From positions 12,329 through 76,328 of the forward strand of contig JAZUBT010000018.1 of NCBI GenBank assembly GCA_045638685.1: a stretch of DNA of 64,000 nucleotides. Reading direction: 5' to 3'. The position numbers were made by a program, and so were the translations under genes. Under the pieces are notes generated by a model. It saw only the letters and a program-made list of their open reading frames with translations, was not told the DNA's origin and made no database searches. Positions 27,287 through 38,469 of the stretch are shown here, piece after piece. Within the stretch, counting starts at the first letter, position 1; every line of letters starts with the position of its first letter. This DNA is from Eubacteriales bacterium (GTDB lineage Bacteria; Bacillota; Clostridia; Oscillospirales; CAG-272).

Positions 27287-29098
27287 ATGAGCGCAGAAAA
27301 ATCACTTATACGTAACTTCTCTATAATAGCGCATATTGACCACGGCAAGTCAACCCTTGCCGACCGTCTTCTTGAGGCAACCAAGACGTTAACCACCCGC
27401 GAAATGCAGGAGCAGGTGCTTGACAACATGGATCTTGAAAAAGAGCGCGGAATAACCATAAAAGCAAGAGCTGTACGAATGGCGTTCAGGCACACCGACG
27501 GCAAGGAATACACCTTGAATCTCATTGACACTCCCGGACACGTTGACTTTAACTACGAGGTTTCCCGTTCTCTTAACGCCTGCGAGGGCGCTCTGCTTAT
27601 AGTTGACGCGACACAGGGGGTTGAGGCGCAGACACTTGCCAACGCATATCTCGCGATAGACGCCGACCTTGAAATAGTACCCGTGGTTAACAAAATCGAT
27701 CTTCCGTCGGCGGATATAGACAGAGCAAGAAGCGAAATAGAGGATATTATCGGCATTCCCGCCGACGGCTGTCCCGCGGTCTCGGCTAAAACCGGACTTA
27801 ATATTGAAGACGTTTTAACGGCGGTGGTTGAGCAGATACCTTCTCCGAAGGGCGACGAAAACGCTCCGCTTAAGGCTCTTATCTTTGACTCGTATTACGA
27901 CTCCTATCTCGGCGTTGTGGTAAACGTCAGAATAATGGACGGCAAGGTAAAGCCGGGAGATAAAATAAAGATGATGAGCAACGGCGCGATTTTTGACGTC
28001 GTTGAGGTTGGAGTAATGGAACCCTTCGGTCTCTCCAAAACCGACGTGCTTTCGGCAGGGGAGGTCGGCTACATTACCGCGTCGATAAAAACTCTTTCCG
28101 AGACAAACGTCGGAGATACGATAACCACAGCCGAAAACGGAGCTGCGGAGTCGCTTCCCGGATTTAAAAAGGTTCAGCCGATGGTTTATTCCGGTATATA
28201 CCCCGAGGACGGAGCGAAATACGAGGATCTCCGCGAGGCGCTGATAAAGCTTCAGCTTAACGACGCGGCGCTTACCTACGAGCCTGAAACCTCGGCAGCG
28301 CTCGGCTTTGGCTTCAGATGCGGATTCCTCGGACTTCTCCACATGGAGATTATTCAGGAGCGTCTTGAACGCGAATTCAACCTCGACATTATCACGACAG
28401 CCCCGAGCGTCATATACAAAATTGAAAAGCGCGACGGTGAGACGGTGTATATAGACAACCCCTCGAACTATCCGTCCCCCGACGAGATCGAGAGCGCTTA
28501 CGAGCCTATGGTTAAGGCAAGTATTATAACTCCCGTTGACTACGTTGGCGGAATAATGGACCTCTGTCAGGACAGACGGGGTGTGTTTATTGATATGAAG
28601 TACCTTGACAAGACCCGTACCGAGCTTCATTATCACCTTCCGCTTAACGAAATAATCTACGACTTCTTCGACGCGCTTAAAAGCCGCAGCAAGGGATACG
28701 CGTCGCTTGACTACGAGATGCTCGGATACTACAAATCAAAGCTCGTCAAGCTCGACTTCCTGTTAAACGGCGACATAGTTGACGCCCTCTCCTTTATCGT
28801 TCACGATGAAAAGGCGTACGGCAGAGCAAGAAAAATTGCCGAAAAGCTTAAGGAAAACATACCGAGAGCGCTCTTTGAAATACCGATTCAGGCAGCGATA
28901 GGCGGTAAGGTTATCGCTCGTGAGACGGTAAGAGCTATGCGTAAGGACGTTCTCGCAAAGTGCTACGGCGGTGATATAACCCGCAAAAAGAAGCTGCTTG
29001 AAAAGCAGAAAGAGGGTAAAAAGAAGATGCGCCGTCTTGGAACGGTTGAGGTTACCCCCGAAGCATTTATGGCGGTTCTTAAGCTTGACGAGGACTGA
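27287..29098 (+). CDS. lepA: Elongation factor 4
   Basis: 603 aa. [28 protein letters not shown] and NKIDL G-motifs, plus a LepA-specific C-terminal domain. Confidence 0.97.
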   Translation: MSAEKSLIRNFSIIAHIDHGKSTLADRLLEATKTLTTREMQEQVLDNMDLEKERGITIKARAVRMAFRHTDGKEYTLNLIDTPGHVDFNYEVSRSLNACEGALLIVDATQGVEAQTLANAYLAIDADLEIVPVVNKIDLPSADIDRARSEIEDIIGIPADGCPAVSAKTGLNIEDVLTAVVEQIPSPKGDENAPLKALIFDSYYDSYLGVVVNVRIMDGKVKPGDKIKMMSNGAIFDVVEVGVMEPFGLSKTDVLSAGEVGYITASIKTLSETNVGDTITTAENGAAESLPGFKKVQPMVYSGIYPEDGAKYEDLREALIKLQLNDAALTYEPETSAALGFGFRCGFLGLLHMEIIQERLEREFNLDIITTAPSVIYKIEKRDGETVYIDNPSNYPSPDEIESAYEPMVKASIITPVDYVGGIMDLCQDRRGVFIDMKYLDKTRTELHYHLPLNEIIYDFFDALKSRSKGYASLDYEMLGYYKSKLVKLDFLLNGDIVDALSFIVHDEKAYGRARKIAEKLKENIPRALFEIPIQAAIGGKVIARETVRAMRKDVLAKCYGGDITRKKKLLEKQKEGKKKMRRLGTVEVTPEAFMAVLKLDED

Positions 29099-29099
29099 T

Positions 29100-30392
29100 A
29101 TGCTTTCGAAAACCGACAATTTTATGCACACCTTTAACATTTCCGCTCCCGCGGTTTATATTCACGTACCCTTCTGCGTTTCAAAATGCGCATACTGCGA
29201 TTTTTATTCTCTCCCTTGCCTCTTGAATAAAGTAACAAAAGCAGGCAACACAGAGGAGATAGATAGCGGAGGCAGCAACCGAAATAAATATTCGGACGGT
29301 TGCTTTAGCTCCGAAATTTATAAGCTTCAAGCTCGGTACGTCGATGCGCTTTGCAGACAAATGAGACATATGTCGGTGCAGTATAACCGTCCCCGTGTGT
29401 CAACGGTTTTTATCGGCGGCGGAACACCGTCGGTTTTAAAAACCGAGGAGATGCAAAGGATATTCGATACGCTTTTTTCCTCTTTTGACATTTCAAAGGA
29501 CGCGGAGATTACGGTTGAGGCAAATCCCGAAACGTTAAGCAGGGAAAAGCTCTGCGCGTACAAAAAAATGGGCATAAACCGACTTAGTATCGGTATGCAG
29601 AGCGCGGTAGATACCGAGCTTAATACCATTTCAAGAATACACACGCTGAGCAGCGTTAAAACCGCGGTTGAAAGCGCACGCGCGGTAGGATTTAAAAATA
29701 TTAATCTTGATATTATGTATGCTCTGCCGGGGCAGACCGAGGAAAGCTTTAAAAACACGCTTGATGCCGTTCTTTCCCTCTCTCCGGAGCATGTATCGGT
29801 ATATGGACTTCAGCTTGAGGAGGGCACCCCGTTATTTAAAAACATGGAAAGCCTTACTTTCCCGGGTGAGGACGCGGAAAACGCTATGAACACTCTCGCA
29901 CTTGACGTTTTGGAGAAAAACGGTTACCGCCGCTATGAAATTTCAAACTACGCAAGGGAAGGCTTTGAGTGTAAGCACAATCTTAACTACTGGACGCTCG
30001 GCGAGTATTTCGGCTTCGGCACCGCCGCGCACTCCTTTAAAGACGGAAAACGCGTGAGCATCAAAAAAGACGTTTACGCCTACTGCGACTCCGCGGATTT
30101 TTCCGACTTAACCGTAGAGGAGGAGTCTTTAACCGACGGAGAGCTTACAGAGGAATACGTTATGCTCTCGCTTCGGCTTTGCCGAGGTATTTCACTTAAT
30201 AAGCTTAAGGCTTTAACCGAAAACGCCGACGTTTATTTGAAAAGAGCGGAGCCGTTTATAAAAGGCGGGTTTATGGAGCTGATAAAACCACAGTCTGCCG
30301 CCGATACAGACGAGTGTTATCTTCGCTTTACTCCTATGGGATTTAACGTTTCAAACACGGTGCTTTCGGAAATTCTCTACGGCAATAATTAA
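29100..30392 (+). CDS. hemW: Radical SAM heme chaperone HemW / HemN-like protein
   Basis: VYIHVPFCVSKCAYCDFYS gives CX3CX2C, and a HemN C-terminal domain is present. The ATG at 29100 lies 2 nt after the lepA stop. The track ORF start at 28998 is an in-frame upstream extension inside lepA. Confidence 0.85.
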   Translation: MLSKTDNFMHTFNISAPAVYIHVPFCVSKCAYCDFYSLPCLLNKVTKAGNTEEIDSGGSNRNKYSDGCFSSEIYKLQARYVDALCRQMRHMSVQYNRPRVSTVFIGGGTPSVLKTEEMQRIFDTLFSSFDISKDAEITVEANPETLSREKLCAYKKMGINRLSIGMQSAVDTELNTISRIHTLSSVKTAVESARAVGFKNINLDIMYALPGQTEESFKNTLDAVLSLSPEHVSVYGLQLEEGTPLFKNMESLTFPGEDAENAMNTLALDVLEKNGYRRYEISNYAREGFECKHNLNYWTLGEYFGFGTAAHSFKDGKRVSIKKDVYAYCDSADFSDLTVEEESLTDGELTEEYVMLSLRLCRGISLNKLKALTENADVYLKRAEPFIKGGFMELIKPQSAADTDECYLRFTPMGFNVSNTVLSEILYGNN

Positions 30393-30487
30393 AAGCATAT
30401 AAAAATAATATACTAAACCAATAACAGCCGTAAGGCAGTACACTCCTACTGATTTTATAGGTCTGAAAACGGAAAGGAAAGACGGAT

Positions 30488-31432
30488 ATGAGTCTTATCG
30501 TTAGCCATCTGCACAAAAAATACGGAGAAAAAACCGTGCTTGAGGATTTAAGCTTTGCTATGCAAGGGCCGGGCGTATATGCGCTTCTCGGCACCAACGG
30601 AGCGGGTAAAACCACCGCTATCCGTATGATGCTCGGAATACTCGCAAAGGACGGCGGCGAGGTTTTATGGAACGGCGCTCCGCTTTCTGCGGAAAGCTGT
30701 AACATAGGCTATCTTGCCGAGGAAAGAGGTCTTTACCCCAAATGCCCCCTTATGGATCAGCTTATCTATTTCGCGTCGCTTCGCGGCGTATCAAAAGCCG
30801 ATGCAAAACAACGAATAAAATATTTTGCCGAAAGACTTGACGTAACCGAATATCTCTACCCCACCTCGGCAAAAAACAATAAAAAGCCCCCATCGCTTAA
30901 AGCTGACCAGCTTTCAAAGGGAAATCAGCAAAAAATACAGTTTATGATCTCCCTTCTGTCAAGCCCCGAGCTTATAGTTCTTGACGAGCCGCTTTCGGGA
31001 CTTGATCCGATAAACACCGACGTATTTAAGTCGATAATAAAAGAGGAAATAGCCGCGGGAAAATACCTTATAATGTCAAGCCATCAAATGGCGACGGTCG
31101 AGGAATTCTGCACCGATATAACAATTCTTGCAAAAAGCAAAACCGTGCTTCAGGGTAACTTAAACGAAATAAAAAAGAGCTACGGAAGAATAAATCTCCA
31201 CCTTAAAACAGAAACTGACGTAAGAGAGCTTATAAGCTCCTCGGGCGCCCTTCTCTTAAGCGAAAAGGAAAACGAGTACGACATAAGGGTAAGCGGCGAG
31301 GCGCAGGCTAACGGCCTTCTCGGCTCACTTATAACAAACGGTATTCCCGTAGTAACCTTTGATCTGCGCGAGCCGTCTCTGCACGAAATATTTGTTGAGA
31401 AGGTAGGTAAAACGTCAAGTGAAAGCGTTTGA
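30488..31432 (+). CDS. ABC transporter ATP-binding protein
   Basis: 314 aa. Walker A GTNGAGKTT, signature LSKGNQQK, Walker B LIVLDEP. Confidence 0.85.
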   Translation: MSLIVSHLHKKYGEKTVLEDLSFAMQGPGVYALLGTNGAGKTTAIRMMLGILAKDGGEVLWNGAPLSAESCNIGYLAEERGLYPKCPLMDQLIYFASLRGVSKADAKQRIKYFAERLDVTEYLYPTSAKNNKKPPSLKADQLSKGNQQKIQFMISLLSSPELIVLDEPLSGLDPINTDVFKSIIKEEIAAGKYLIMSSHQMATVEEFCTDITILAKSKTVLQGNLNEIKKSYGRINLHLKTETDVRELISSSGALLLSEKENEYDIRVSGEAQANGLLGSLITNGIPVVTFDLREPSLHEIFVEKVGKTSSESV

Positions 31433-32732
31433 AATCAAAGAGCTTACCGGCTGCAAAAAGGTATATGCGTTTACCCTGCGCGGACTTATTACCAATAAAT
31501 CGAACGTTATTTCAGCCGTAATTCTCCTGCTTATCTCGTTACTTTCCCCTATTATTTTATCGTTTTTTTCGGGAGATGCTCTTCCTCAGCCGGGAGCTTC
31601 GGGCAGCCTCATCTCCATTGAAAAGGACGACGGCATTGAAAAAATATATATAAAAAATCAAACCGAATTCACCTTTGACCTCACTGCGTATGCAAAAGAC
31701 ACGGAAATTCTTTCCTACGAAAAGGACGAGACGGAATTTTCAGCTACCGAAAACGGTGTTCTGTACAGAATATTTTTCGATGCGGAGAGCTTTAGCTATA
31801 AAATAAACGTTTGCTTTTCGGACACCTTTAGCGGAAGCCGCACGGCTGCTGAGGATTTTGCCTATACGGTATCCTCGCTTTTTGATAATGCAAGATACGA
31901 AAATCATCAGCTTACAGCTGACAAGACAGCAGAAATCTTTACGCCCGTATCGGTAAACACCGTAAATTCCGATGATTATTTTAAAACGGAAAACGACCGC
32001 GGATTTATGGCAAAGTTCGCGGTTCAGTATGTTTTCTCCGTTGTCGTTCTTATTCTGGTTACCTATTCCGCAACGTATATAATCAGAGCGGTTATAGAGG
32101 AAAAGGCGTCAAAGCTCGTGGAAACGCTTATGGTAAGCGTAAAGCCCTTGGCGCTTATAACGGGAAAGATACTTGCGACTATGACCTATATATTCGGGCT
32201 TCTTATTTCGCTCGTCGGCTGTGTCGCACTTTCCTCATTTATTTCCTCGAAAACATTGGGCGTATCCGTATCCCTTGACGCCCTCGGACTTAATCTTTCG
32301 GGTATAAGATTTGACGCGCCTACGCTTATTCTCATAATTGTCTCGCTCGTCCTCAGTTATCTTACCTTCTCGATTATGGCGGGGATAGCCGGCGCCGCCT
32401 GCAGTAGCATGGAGGAGCTTGAAAGCGCAAACAGCTCGGTTATGTTCACCGTGCTTATAGGATACATCGTTTCCTGCGCCACCTGTGCCGTTCCAAGCAA
32501 AGCTCTTGCAACAGTAACCTCGCTTTGCCCTATAATTTCCACCTTTTCTGCTCCCGCTCACTACGTTCTCGGTAACATAAGCCTTGGCGTTCTTTTTATA
32601 TCTCTTGTATTACAAGCGGCAGCCGTCGTAATGCTTATGGTTTTCTGTTCAAAAGTTTACGCCGAGCTGATTATGAGAAAGGGAACCAAGCTTAAGCTTA
32701 AAGAAATTTTAAAAACCTACCTTGGAAAATGA
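31419..32732 (+). CDS. ABC-2-type transporter permease
   Basis: 437 aa with a GTG start overlapping the ATPase gene. One N-terminal TM segment, a large extracytoplasmic loop, then a C-terminal bundle of TM segments. Confidence 0.65.
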   Translation: MKAFEIKELTGCKKVYAFTLRGLITNKSNVISAVILLLISLLSPIILSFFSGDALPQPGASGSLISIEKDDGIEKIYIKNQTEFTFDLTAYAKDTEILSYEKDETEFSATENGVLYRIFFDAESFSYKINVCFSDTFSGSRTAAEDFAYTVSSLFDNARYENHQLTADKTAEIFTPVSVNTVNSDDYFKTENDRGFMAKFAVQYVFSVVVLILVTYSATYIIRAVIEEKASKLVETLMVSVKPLALITGKILATMTYIFGLLISLVGCVALSSFISSKTLGVSVSLDALGLNLSGIRFDAPTLILIIVSLVLSYLTFSIMAGIAGAACSSMEELESANSSVMFTVLIGYIVSCATCAVPSKALATVTSLCPIISTFSAPAHYVLGNISLGVLFISLVLQAAAVVMLMVFCSKVYAELIMRKGTKLKLKEILKTYLGK

Positions 32733-32843
32733 CACCCGCGCGGAGGATTTCATTTTTAAGAATGCGTAAGGCGAGCTTTCACATAATAAATCACGCTCCT
32801 TCAAAAACACCTAAGCCCATTATACAAAAAAGGAAACAGAACA

Positions 32844-33251
32844 ATGGAAAACAACGAAAAAAAGGATGTAAAAATACTTCGCGAAATATATAAAAACGAC
32901 CGCTTTGCAACCGAGACGGGGTGCGTTATAGTATCGGCGGATGCGGATAAGGTGGTCTGCGAAATGCCGATAAAGGACGGGCTTCTTAACGCTCACGGAG
33001 CAGTTATGGGCGGCGCCATCTTTACGCTTGCCGATTTTGCCTTCGCCATAGCGTCAAACTACGCGGGAGTTCCGTCTGTTGCTATCGAATGTAACATACG
33101 CTACTATGCGGCAACCAAGGGCAGTAAGCTTATAGCAACCTGCACCACCGACAAGGACGGGCGCGCGCTCGGACACTATACAGTAGAGATAACCGACGAC
33201 CTCGGCAAGAAAATAGCGGGCTACACCGCGATAGCCTTTCACAAAATTTAA
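32844..33251 (+). CDS. PaaI-family hotdog-fold thioesterase
   Basis: 135 aa. The context LNAHGAVMGGAIFTLADFAFAIA is typical of PaaI/YbdB. Confidence 0.75.
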   Translation: MENNEKKDVKILREIYKNDRFATETGCVIVSADADKVVCEMPIKDGLLNAHGAVMGGAIFTLADFAFAIASNYAGVPSVAIECNIRYYAATKGSKLIATCTTDKDGRALGHYTVEITDDLGKKIAGYTAIAFHKI

Positions 33252-33292
33252 GCCATTCAAAATTTATTATGAATTATACCGAGTAAGCTGAC

Positions 33293-34207
33293 ATGGAAAA
33301 AGTAATAGACATAAAAAACTTATATAAATCCTTCGGGGACGTAAAAGCAGTACAGAACTTAAGCTTTTGCGTAAAAAGAGGTGAGTTTTTCGCGTTTCTC
33401 GGTGAAAACGGGGCAGGAAAATCCACCACAATATCTATAATCTGTAATCAACTTAGTAAGGATAGCGGAGCGGTTACCGTTTGCGGCAAGGCGATAGAAA
33501 AATCGGGCGAAAACGTTACAAGAAAGCTCGGAGTCGTCTTTCAGGGCTCGGTGCTTGACGCCCCCCTCACCGTAAAGGACAATCTTGAAAACCGCGCCGC
33601 GCTCTACGGCATTTCGGGAGACGCGCTCAAAGCTCGGATTTCGGAGCTTGCGAAAATGCTTGATTTCGAACCGCTGCTCGACCGCGCCGTCGGGAAGCTT
33701 TCGGGAGGTCAGCGCAGGCGAATAGATATTGCCAGAGCGCTTCTGCATAAGCCGGAAATTTTAGTTCTTGACGAACCGACAACCGGACTTGATCCGCAGA
33801 CAAGAAAGCTTCTGTGGGACGTGGTTACCGAGCTTCGCAGGAGTGAGGGACTGACGGTTTTTCTGACGACGCACTATATGGAGGAGGCGTCGGAGGCCGA
33901 TTACATCGTAATCCTCGACGGCGGCAAAATTGCCGCCGAGGGAACACCTCTCGAGCTAAAAAACACCTATACCGGTGATTTCGTTACCGTTTACGGAAAA
34001 ACAGAGGAGGAAATTTCCGTTTTGAGTAGGCCATATACGGCTACTCGGGACGGATATAAAATAAAAGTCAAAAGCACCGCGGAAACGACGGACATGATTT
34101 TAAAGCACCCGTCTCTCTTTACCGACTACGAGGTAACAAAGGGAAAAATGGACGACGTGTTCTTGGCTGTAACCGGAAAAAAGCTTACGGGAGGTGAAGA
34201 AAAATGA
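33293..34207 (+). CDS. ABC transporter ATP-binding protein (DrrA/ABC-2 type)
   Basis: 304 aa. Walker A GENGAGKST, signature LSGGQRRR, Walker B ILVLDEPTTGLD. Confidence 0.88.
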   Translation: MEKVIDIKNLYKSFGDVKAVQNLSFCVKRGEFFAFLGENGAGKSTTISIICNQLSKDSGAVTVCGKAIEKSGENVTRKLGVVFQGSVLDAPLTVKDNLENRAALYGISGDALKARISELAKMLDFEPLLDRAVGKLSGGQRRRIDIARALLHKPEILVLDEPTTGLDPQTRKLLWDVVTELRRSEGLTVFLTTHYMEEASEADYIVILDGGKIAAEGTPLELKNTYTGDFVTVYGKTEEEISVLSRPYTATRDGYKIKVKSTAETTDMILKHPSLFTDYEVTKGKMDDVFLAVTGKKLTGGEEK

Positions 34208-35097
34208 CGTCGGCAATATCACTTATAAAACGAAACTGTAAAATGTTTTTTAAGGATAAGGGTATGTTTTTCACTTCGCTTATCACCCCTCTCATACTGC
34301 TCGTTCTTTACGCCACCTTCCTTGCAAACGTTTATAAGGACGCCTTTATCTCGGCGTTTCCGCCCGGCTCTCCCGTTGACGAGTCGCTGATTAACGGAAC
34401 GGTAGGCGGTCAGCTCATCTCTTCCCTGCTTGCCGTTTGCTGCATTACCGTTGCATTCTGCTCCAACCTTTTAATGGTTCAGGACAAAGTTACCGGAGCG
34501 TACCGTGATCTTACAATGACACCGGTCAAAAGCTCGGTTTTATCGCTCAGCTATTTTATATCAACCGCGGCGGTTACCTTTATTATCAGCGTAACTGCGC
34601 TCGGAGCGGGACTCATTTATCTTGCCTTTACAGGCTGGTATTTATCCTTTTCCGACGTACTTCTGCTTTTGCTTGACGTCGTTATTTTAGTGCTTTTCGG
34701 AACCGCTCTGTCCTCCGTTATCAACTGCAACCTTTCAACGAGCGGGCAGGCCTCCGCGGTGGGAACGATAGTCAGCGCTGGCTACGGCTTTATATGCGGA
34801 GCGTATATGCCGATTTCCAGCTTCAGCGAAGGACTGCAAAGGGTAATATCCTTTTTACCGGGAACCTACGGCACATCGCTTCTCCGCAACCATGCCCTGA
34901 ACGGCGTATTTACGGAAATGAAAGCACAAAATTATCCCGACGCGGTAATAAACGGATTAAAGGACGCCGTGGACTGCAATCTTTACTTTTTTGAAAACAG
35001 GGTTTTAATTCCCGCAATGTATCTCATATTAATCGGCGCGACGCTTCTCGTTACCGCCGCATATATAGCTGTCTGTAAGCTCAGAAAGAAAAAATAA
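34204..35097 (+). CDS. ABC-2-type transporter permease
   Basis: 297 aa. Six hydrophobic segments and a 4-nt overlap with the ATPase gene. Confidence 0.75.
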   Translation: MTSAISLIKRNCKMFFKDKGMFFTSLITPLILLVLYATFLANVYKDAFISAFPPGSPVDESLINGTVGGQLISSLLAVCCITVAFCSNLLMVQDKVTGAYRDLTMTPVKSSVLSLSYFISTAAVTFIISVTALGAGLIYLAFTGWYLSFSDVLLLLLDVVILVLFGTALSSVINCNLSTSGQASAVGTIVSAGYGFICGAYMPISSFSEGLQRVISFLPGTYGTSLLRNHALNGVFTEMKAQNYPDAVINGLKDAVDCNLYFFENRVLIPAMYLILIGATLLVTAAYIAVCKLRKKK

Positions 35098-35106
35098 TAC
35101 CGCCTT

Positions 35107-36615
35107 ATGAATGAAAACCGCCAATATATCGCCATCGACTTAAAATCCTTCTACGCCTCCGTTGAATGTATGGAACGGGGGCTTGATCCGATGACAACCA
35201 ACCTCGTCGTTGCCGACGAGTCAAAAACCGAAAAAACAATCTGCCTTGCGGTTTCTCCGTCGCTGAAGGCGTACGGTATTCCGGGAAGAGCGCGTCTTTT
35301 CGAGGTTATCCAGCGAATAAAAGAGGCAAATAACGAGCGAAGACGCAAGGCGGGACAGGTGCTCCGTGGCGAGAGCTGCGACTCACGCACACTTTCGTCT
35401 AACCCTACGCTCGCGATTTCCTATATTGCCGCTCCTCCGCAGATGGCGAAATATATGGAGATAAGCACCAAAATTTACGGAGTCTATCTTAAATATATCG
35501 CGCCGGAGGATATACACGTATATTCAATAGACGAGGTTTTTATCGACGCAACGGAGTATCTTGAGACCTACAAATGCTCGGCGCACGAGCTTGCTCTGCG
35601 TATGATAAGAGACATTTTGAAAACGACCGGCATTACGGCTACTGCGGGTATCGGCACTAACCTTTATCTTGCCAAGATAGCCATGGACATTATGGCGAAA
35701 AAAATGCCTGCCGACAGGGACGGGGTGCGTATTGCCGAGCTTGACGAGAGGTCGTACCGCGAAAAGCTGTGGTCGCATAAGCCTCTCACATCATTTTGGA
35801 GAGTGGGCAAGGGGTACGCCTCAAAGCTTGAGGAGCACGGCATGTTTACGATGGGAGACGTTGCCCGCCGTTCAATAGAAAACGAGGAGGAGCTGTATAA
35901 GCTTTTCGGGGTAAACGCCGAGCTTTTAATCGACCACGCATGGGGACATGAGCCGTGTCTTATCTCCGATATAAAGGCGTATAAGCCCGAAAGCAGCAGT
36001 ATATGCTCGGGGCAGGTGCTTTCGCGCCCGTATGAATTTGACAAGGCAAGGCTTATCGTTCACGAGATGCTTGACCTACTTGCACTTGACCTTGTAGAAA
36101 AACGGTTGGTTACAAATCAGATTGTGCTTGACGTTGGGTACGATGTCGAATGTCTCACCGACCCCCGTATAGCAAATAAATATCGCGGCACAGTGGTAGC
36201 TGACTACTATGGAAGAAAGGTTCCAAAACCCGCACACGGTACCGCCAATATAGGCAGATTCACCTCGTCCGCTATGTTAATTGTTAAGGCAGCTCTTACG
36301 CTGTTTGACAAGGTGGTAAATCGCGATCTGCTTGTGAGACGGGTAACGGTTACAGCGTGTAATACCATAGGCGAAAGCGCCGCAGAGGAGCTTCCGTCGG
36401 GTGGAGAACAGTTAAGCTTTTTCACAGATGCAGCCGAGCTTGAAAAGAAGCGTAAAACCGAGGAAGCAGCATTAAAAAAGGAACGCAAAAATCAGGAAGC
36501 GATACTTAAGCTTCAAAAGAGATACGGAAAAAACGCAGTTCTTAAGGCCATGAACCTCGAGGAGGGGGCTACAACGAAGGAACGTAACAGCCAAATAGGT
36601 GGGCATAAGGCATAG
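35107..36615 (+). CDS. Y-family DNA polymerase (UmuC/UvrX/DinB-like)
   Basis: 502 aa. IAIDLKSFYASVE...SIDEVFID are the ImpB/MucB/SamB catalytic motifs. Confidence 0.85.
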   Translation: MNENRQYIAIDLKSFYASVECMERGLDPMTTNLVVADESKTEKTICLAVSPSLKAYGIPGRARLFEVIQRIKEANNERRRKAGQVLRGESCDSRTLSSNPTLAISYIAAPPQMAKYMEISTKIYGVYLKYIAPEDIHVYSIDEVFIDATEYLETYKCSAHELALRMIRDILKTTGITATAGIGTNLYLAKIAMDIMAKKMPADRDGVRIAELDERSYREKLWSHKPLTSFWRVGKGYASKLEEHGMFTMGDVARRSIENEEELYKLFGVNAELLIDHAWGHEPCLISDIKAYKPESSSICSGQVLSRPYEFDKARLIVHEMLDLLALDLVEKRLVTNQIVLDVGYDVECLTDPRIANKYRGTVVADYYGRKVPKPAHGTANIGRFTSSAMLIVKAALTLFDKVVNRDLLVRRVTVTACNTIGESAAEELPSGGEQLSFFTDAAELEKKRKTEEAALKKERKNQEAILKLQKRYGKNAVLKAMNLEEGATTKERNSQIGGHKA

Positions 36616-36702
36616 CGCAGTCAGGCGCTTAACAGCCTTCAAGCCAGCCTACGGACAGCACCCTTCATCACTTTTAAATCCTAGGCAAAAAGGAATATTT
36701 TT

Positions 36703-37152
36703 ATGAAAGACTCATCCTACGACGATATAATAAACCTCCCCCGTCCCGTGTCAAACAGACATACCCCTATGTCGCGAGAGAGCCGCGCCGCTCAGTTCGC
36801 GCCCTTTGCCGCGCTTACAGGGTATGACGCTTCGGTAAAAGAGGAGGCAAGGCTGACCGAAAAAAGGCTTCCGCTAACGGAGGAGCAAGAAACTCTGCTA
36901 AATACTAAAATAGCGTACCTTAGCGAAAAAACCGCCGCTCACCCAAGGGTGAGGATTACCTATTTTCTTGCCGACGAGAAAAAAAGCGGTGGGCAATACG
37001 TAACGCTTGAAGGAGCGCTTTACGTTATAGACGAGATAGGCGGCGTCCTTATACTTTCTGACACATCTCTTGACAAAATAAAAATACCGCTCCCCGACAT
37101 TCTCAGTATCGAAAGCGATGTTTTTACAGGCGGCATTTTTGACGCGTTTTAG
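36703..37152 (+). CDS. YolD-like protein
   Basis: 149 aa. It has the RAAQFAPFAALTGY motif and sits immediately downstream of a Y-family polymerase, as in the uvrX-yolD and yqjW-yqzH pairs. Confidence 0.6.
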   Translation: MKDSSYDDIINLPRPVSNRHTPMSRESRAAQFAPFAALTGYDASVKEEARLTEKRLPLTEEQETLLNTKIAYLSEKTAAHPRVRITYFLADEKKSGGQYVTLEGALYVIDEIGGVLILSDTSLDKIKIPLPDILSIESDVFTGGIFDAF

Positions 37153-37307
37153 ACAATGAAAACGCAGATGTAAATTTTGGAAATCATACATTTATATTTA
37201 AATTTTATTTAATAAGTAAATTACATACAACCGAAAGGAATTCCGACTATGCATAGTTACCTTGCGGATGACAGAGAAGCAGCATTCTCGGGAGGTAAAA
37301 GAAAAAT

Positions 37308-38099
37308 ATGAAGGACGTGCTTATTACGGGGGCGTACGGCGGAATGGGACGCGCCGCCGTTAATCTTTTAGCCGAAAAAGGCTTTCGCGTTTTCGCGCTT
37401 GATAAAAGGATAGGAGACGGGCAGGAGAATATTATTCCCATCGAAGCGGATATTACGTCGCCTGAAAGCGTAAAAAAAGCTTTCGAGGTCATACATAGCT
37501 ACACCGATAACCTTTACGCTATCCTGCATTTCGCGGGAATCTATATGCTTGATTCCCTCGTTGAAATGGACGACGCTGCCTTTAAACGCGTTTTAGACGT
37601 GAATTTCAGCGGCGCGTTTTTAGTTAACAAAACCTTTCTCCCTCTCCTTAGTCGCGGTAGCCGTATATTGATTACCACGAGCGAGCTCGCGCCCCTCGAC
37701 CCTCTCCCGTTCACGGGAATTTACGCAGTATCCAAGGCCGCGCTTGACAGGTATGCCTACTCGCTGGGAATGGAGCTTCAGCTACTCGGAATAAAGGTTT
37801 CCGTCCTTCGAGCAGGAGCAGTAGAAACGGGAATGCTTGGCGTTTCTACCGACTGTCTCGACCGTTTTTGCGAAAACACGGCGCTTTATTCCTGCAACGC
37901 CAAAAGATTTAAAGCTATCGTTAACCGTGTTGAGGCAAGATGTGTTCCGCCTTCAAAAATCGCGGAGAAATCAGCACGAATTCTTCAAAAACGCAGCCCC
38001 GCCTTTGCTTACAGCATCAATCGAAATCCCCTACTGCTTCTTTTGAACGCTTTGCCAAAGCGACTTCAGATGTTAATTATTAAGTCGGTTCTGAAATAA
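37308..38099 (+). CDS. Short-chain dehydrogenase/reductase
   Basis: 263 aa. VLITGAYGGMGRA cofactor motif and YAVSKAAL catalytic YxxxK. Confidence 0.85.
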   Translation: MKDVLITGAYGGMGRAAVNLLAEKGFRVFALDKRIGDGQENIIPIEADITSPESVKKAFEVIHSYTDNLYAILHFAGIYMLDSLVEMDDAAFKRVLDVNFSGAFLVNKTFLPLLSRGSRILITTSELAPLDPLPFTGIYAVSKAALDRYAYSLGMELQLLGIKVSVLRAGAVETGMLGVSTDCLDRFCENTALYSCNAKRFKAIVNRVEARCVPPSKIAEKSARILQKRSPAFAYSINRNPLLLLLNALPKRLQMLIIKSVLK

Positions 38100-38185
38100 T
38101 TTTTTTTGCAATCCTACGGTTTTATAAGTCAAAACACATAAATCACCTTATCCGTTTTCGACGGTATAACGGTGCATAAAAGCTA

Positions 38186-38245
38186 TACGCAAGCGTCCCT
38201 ATAATTTGTTTTTATAGGGACGCTTGCGTATTTATGCACATTTTT
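38186..38245 (+). terminator. Long hairpin terminator after the SDR gene (left edge of the polysaccharide locus)
   Basis: Perfect 18-bp inverted repeat TACGCAAGCGTCCCTATA (38186-38203) / TATAGGGACGCTTGCGTA (38213-38230). It is extendable by GCATAAA/TTTATGC. T-rich sequence follows. Confidence 0.6.
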
Positions 38246-38254
38246 ATTATGGGG

Positions 38255-38283
38255 TTGACAATATGAATAAAATATGCTATAAT
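38255..38283 (+). promoter_or_regulatory. Sigma-A-type consensus promoter heading the polysaccharide locus
   Basis: TTGACA (38255-38260), a 17-nt spacer, then TATAAT (38278-38283). An untranslated leader of about 185 nt precedes the first ATG at 38470. Confidence 0.65.
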
Positions 38284-38469
38284 AAATATAAATATATTTA
38301 GATTTAATGAATTTATCTAAAGATTACTGCTCAATCAAACCGAATTCACCGTAACGTAATCAACAAATTCGAGGATATAAGCAGCTTGGCTTGTAATTTG
38401 TGCGCACCGGCATTCTGACCGTTTTACATATGCTCGTTAAACAACAAAAACAGAAAGGCAGAGCACTTC

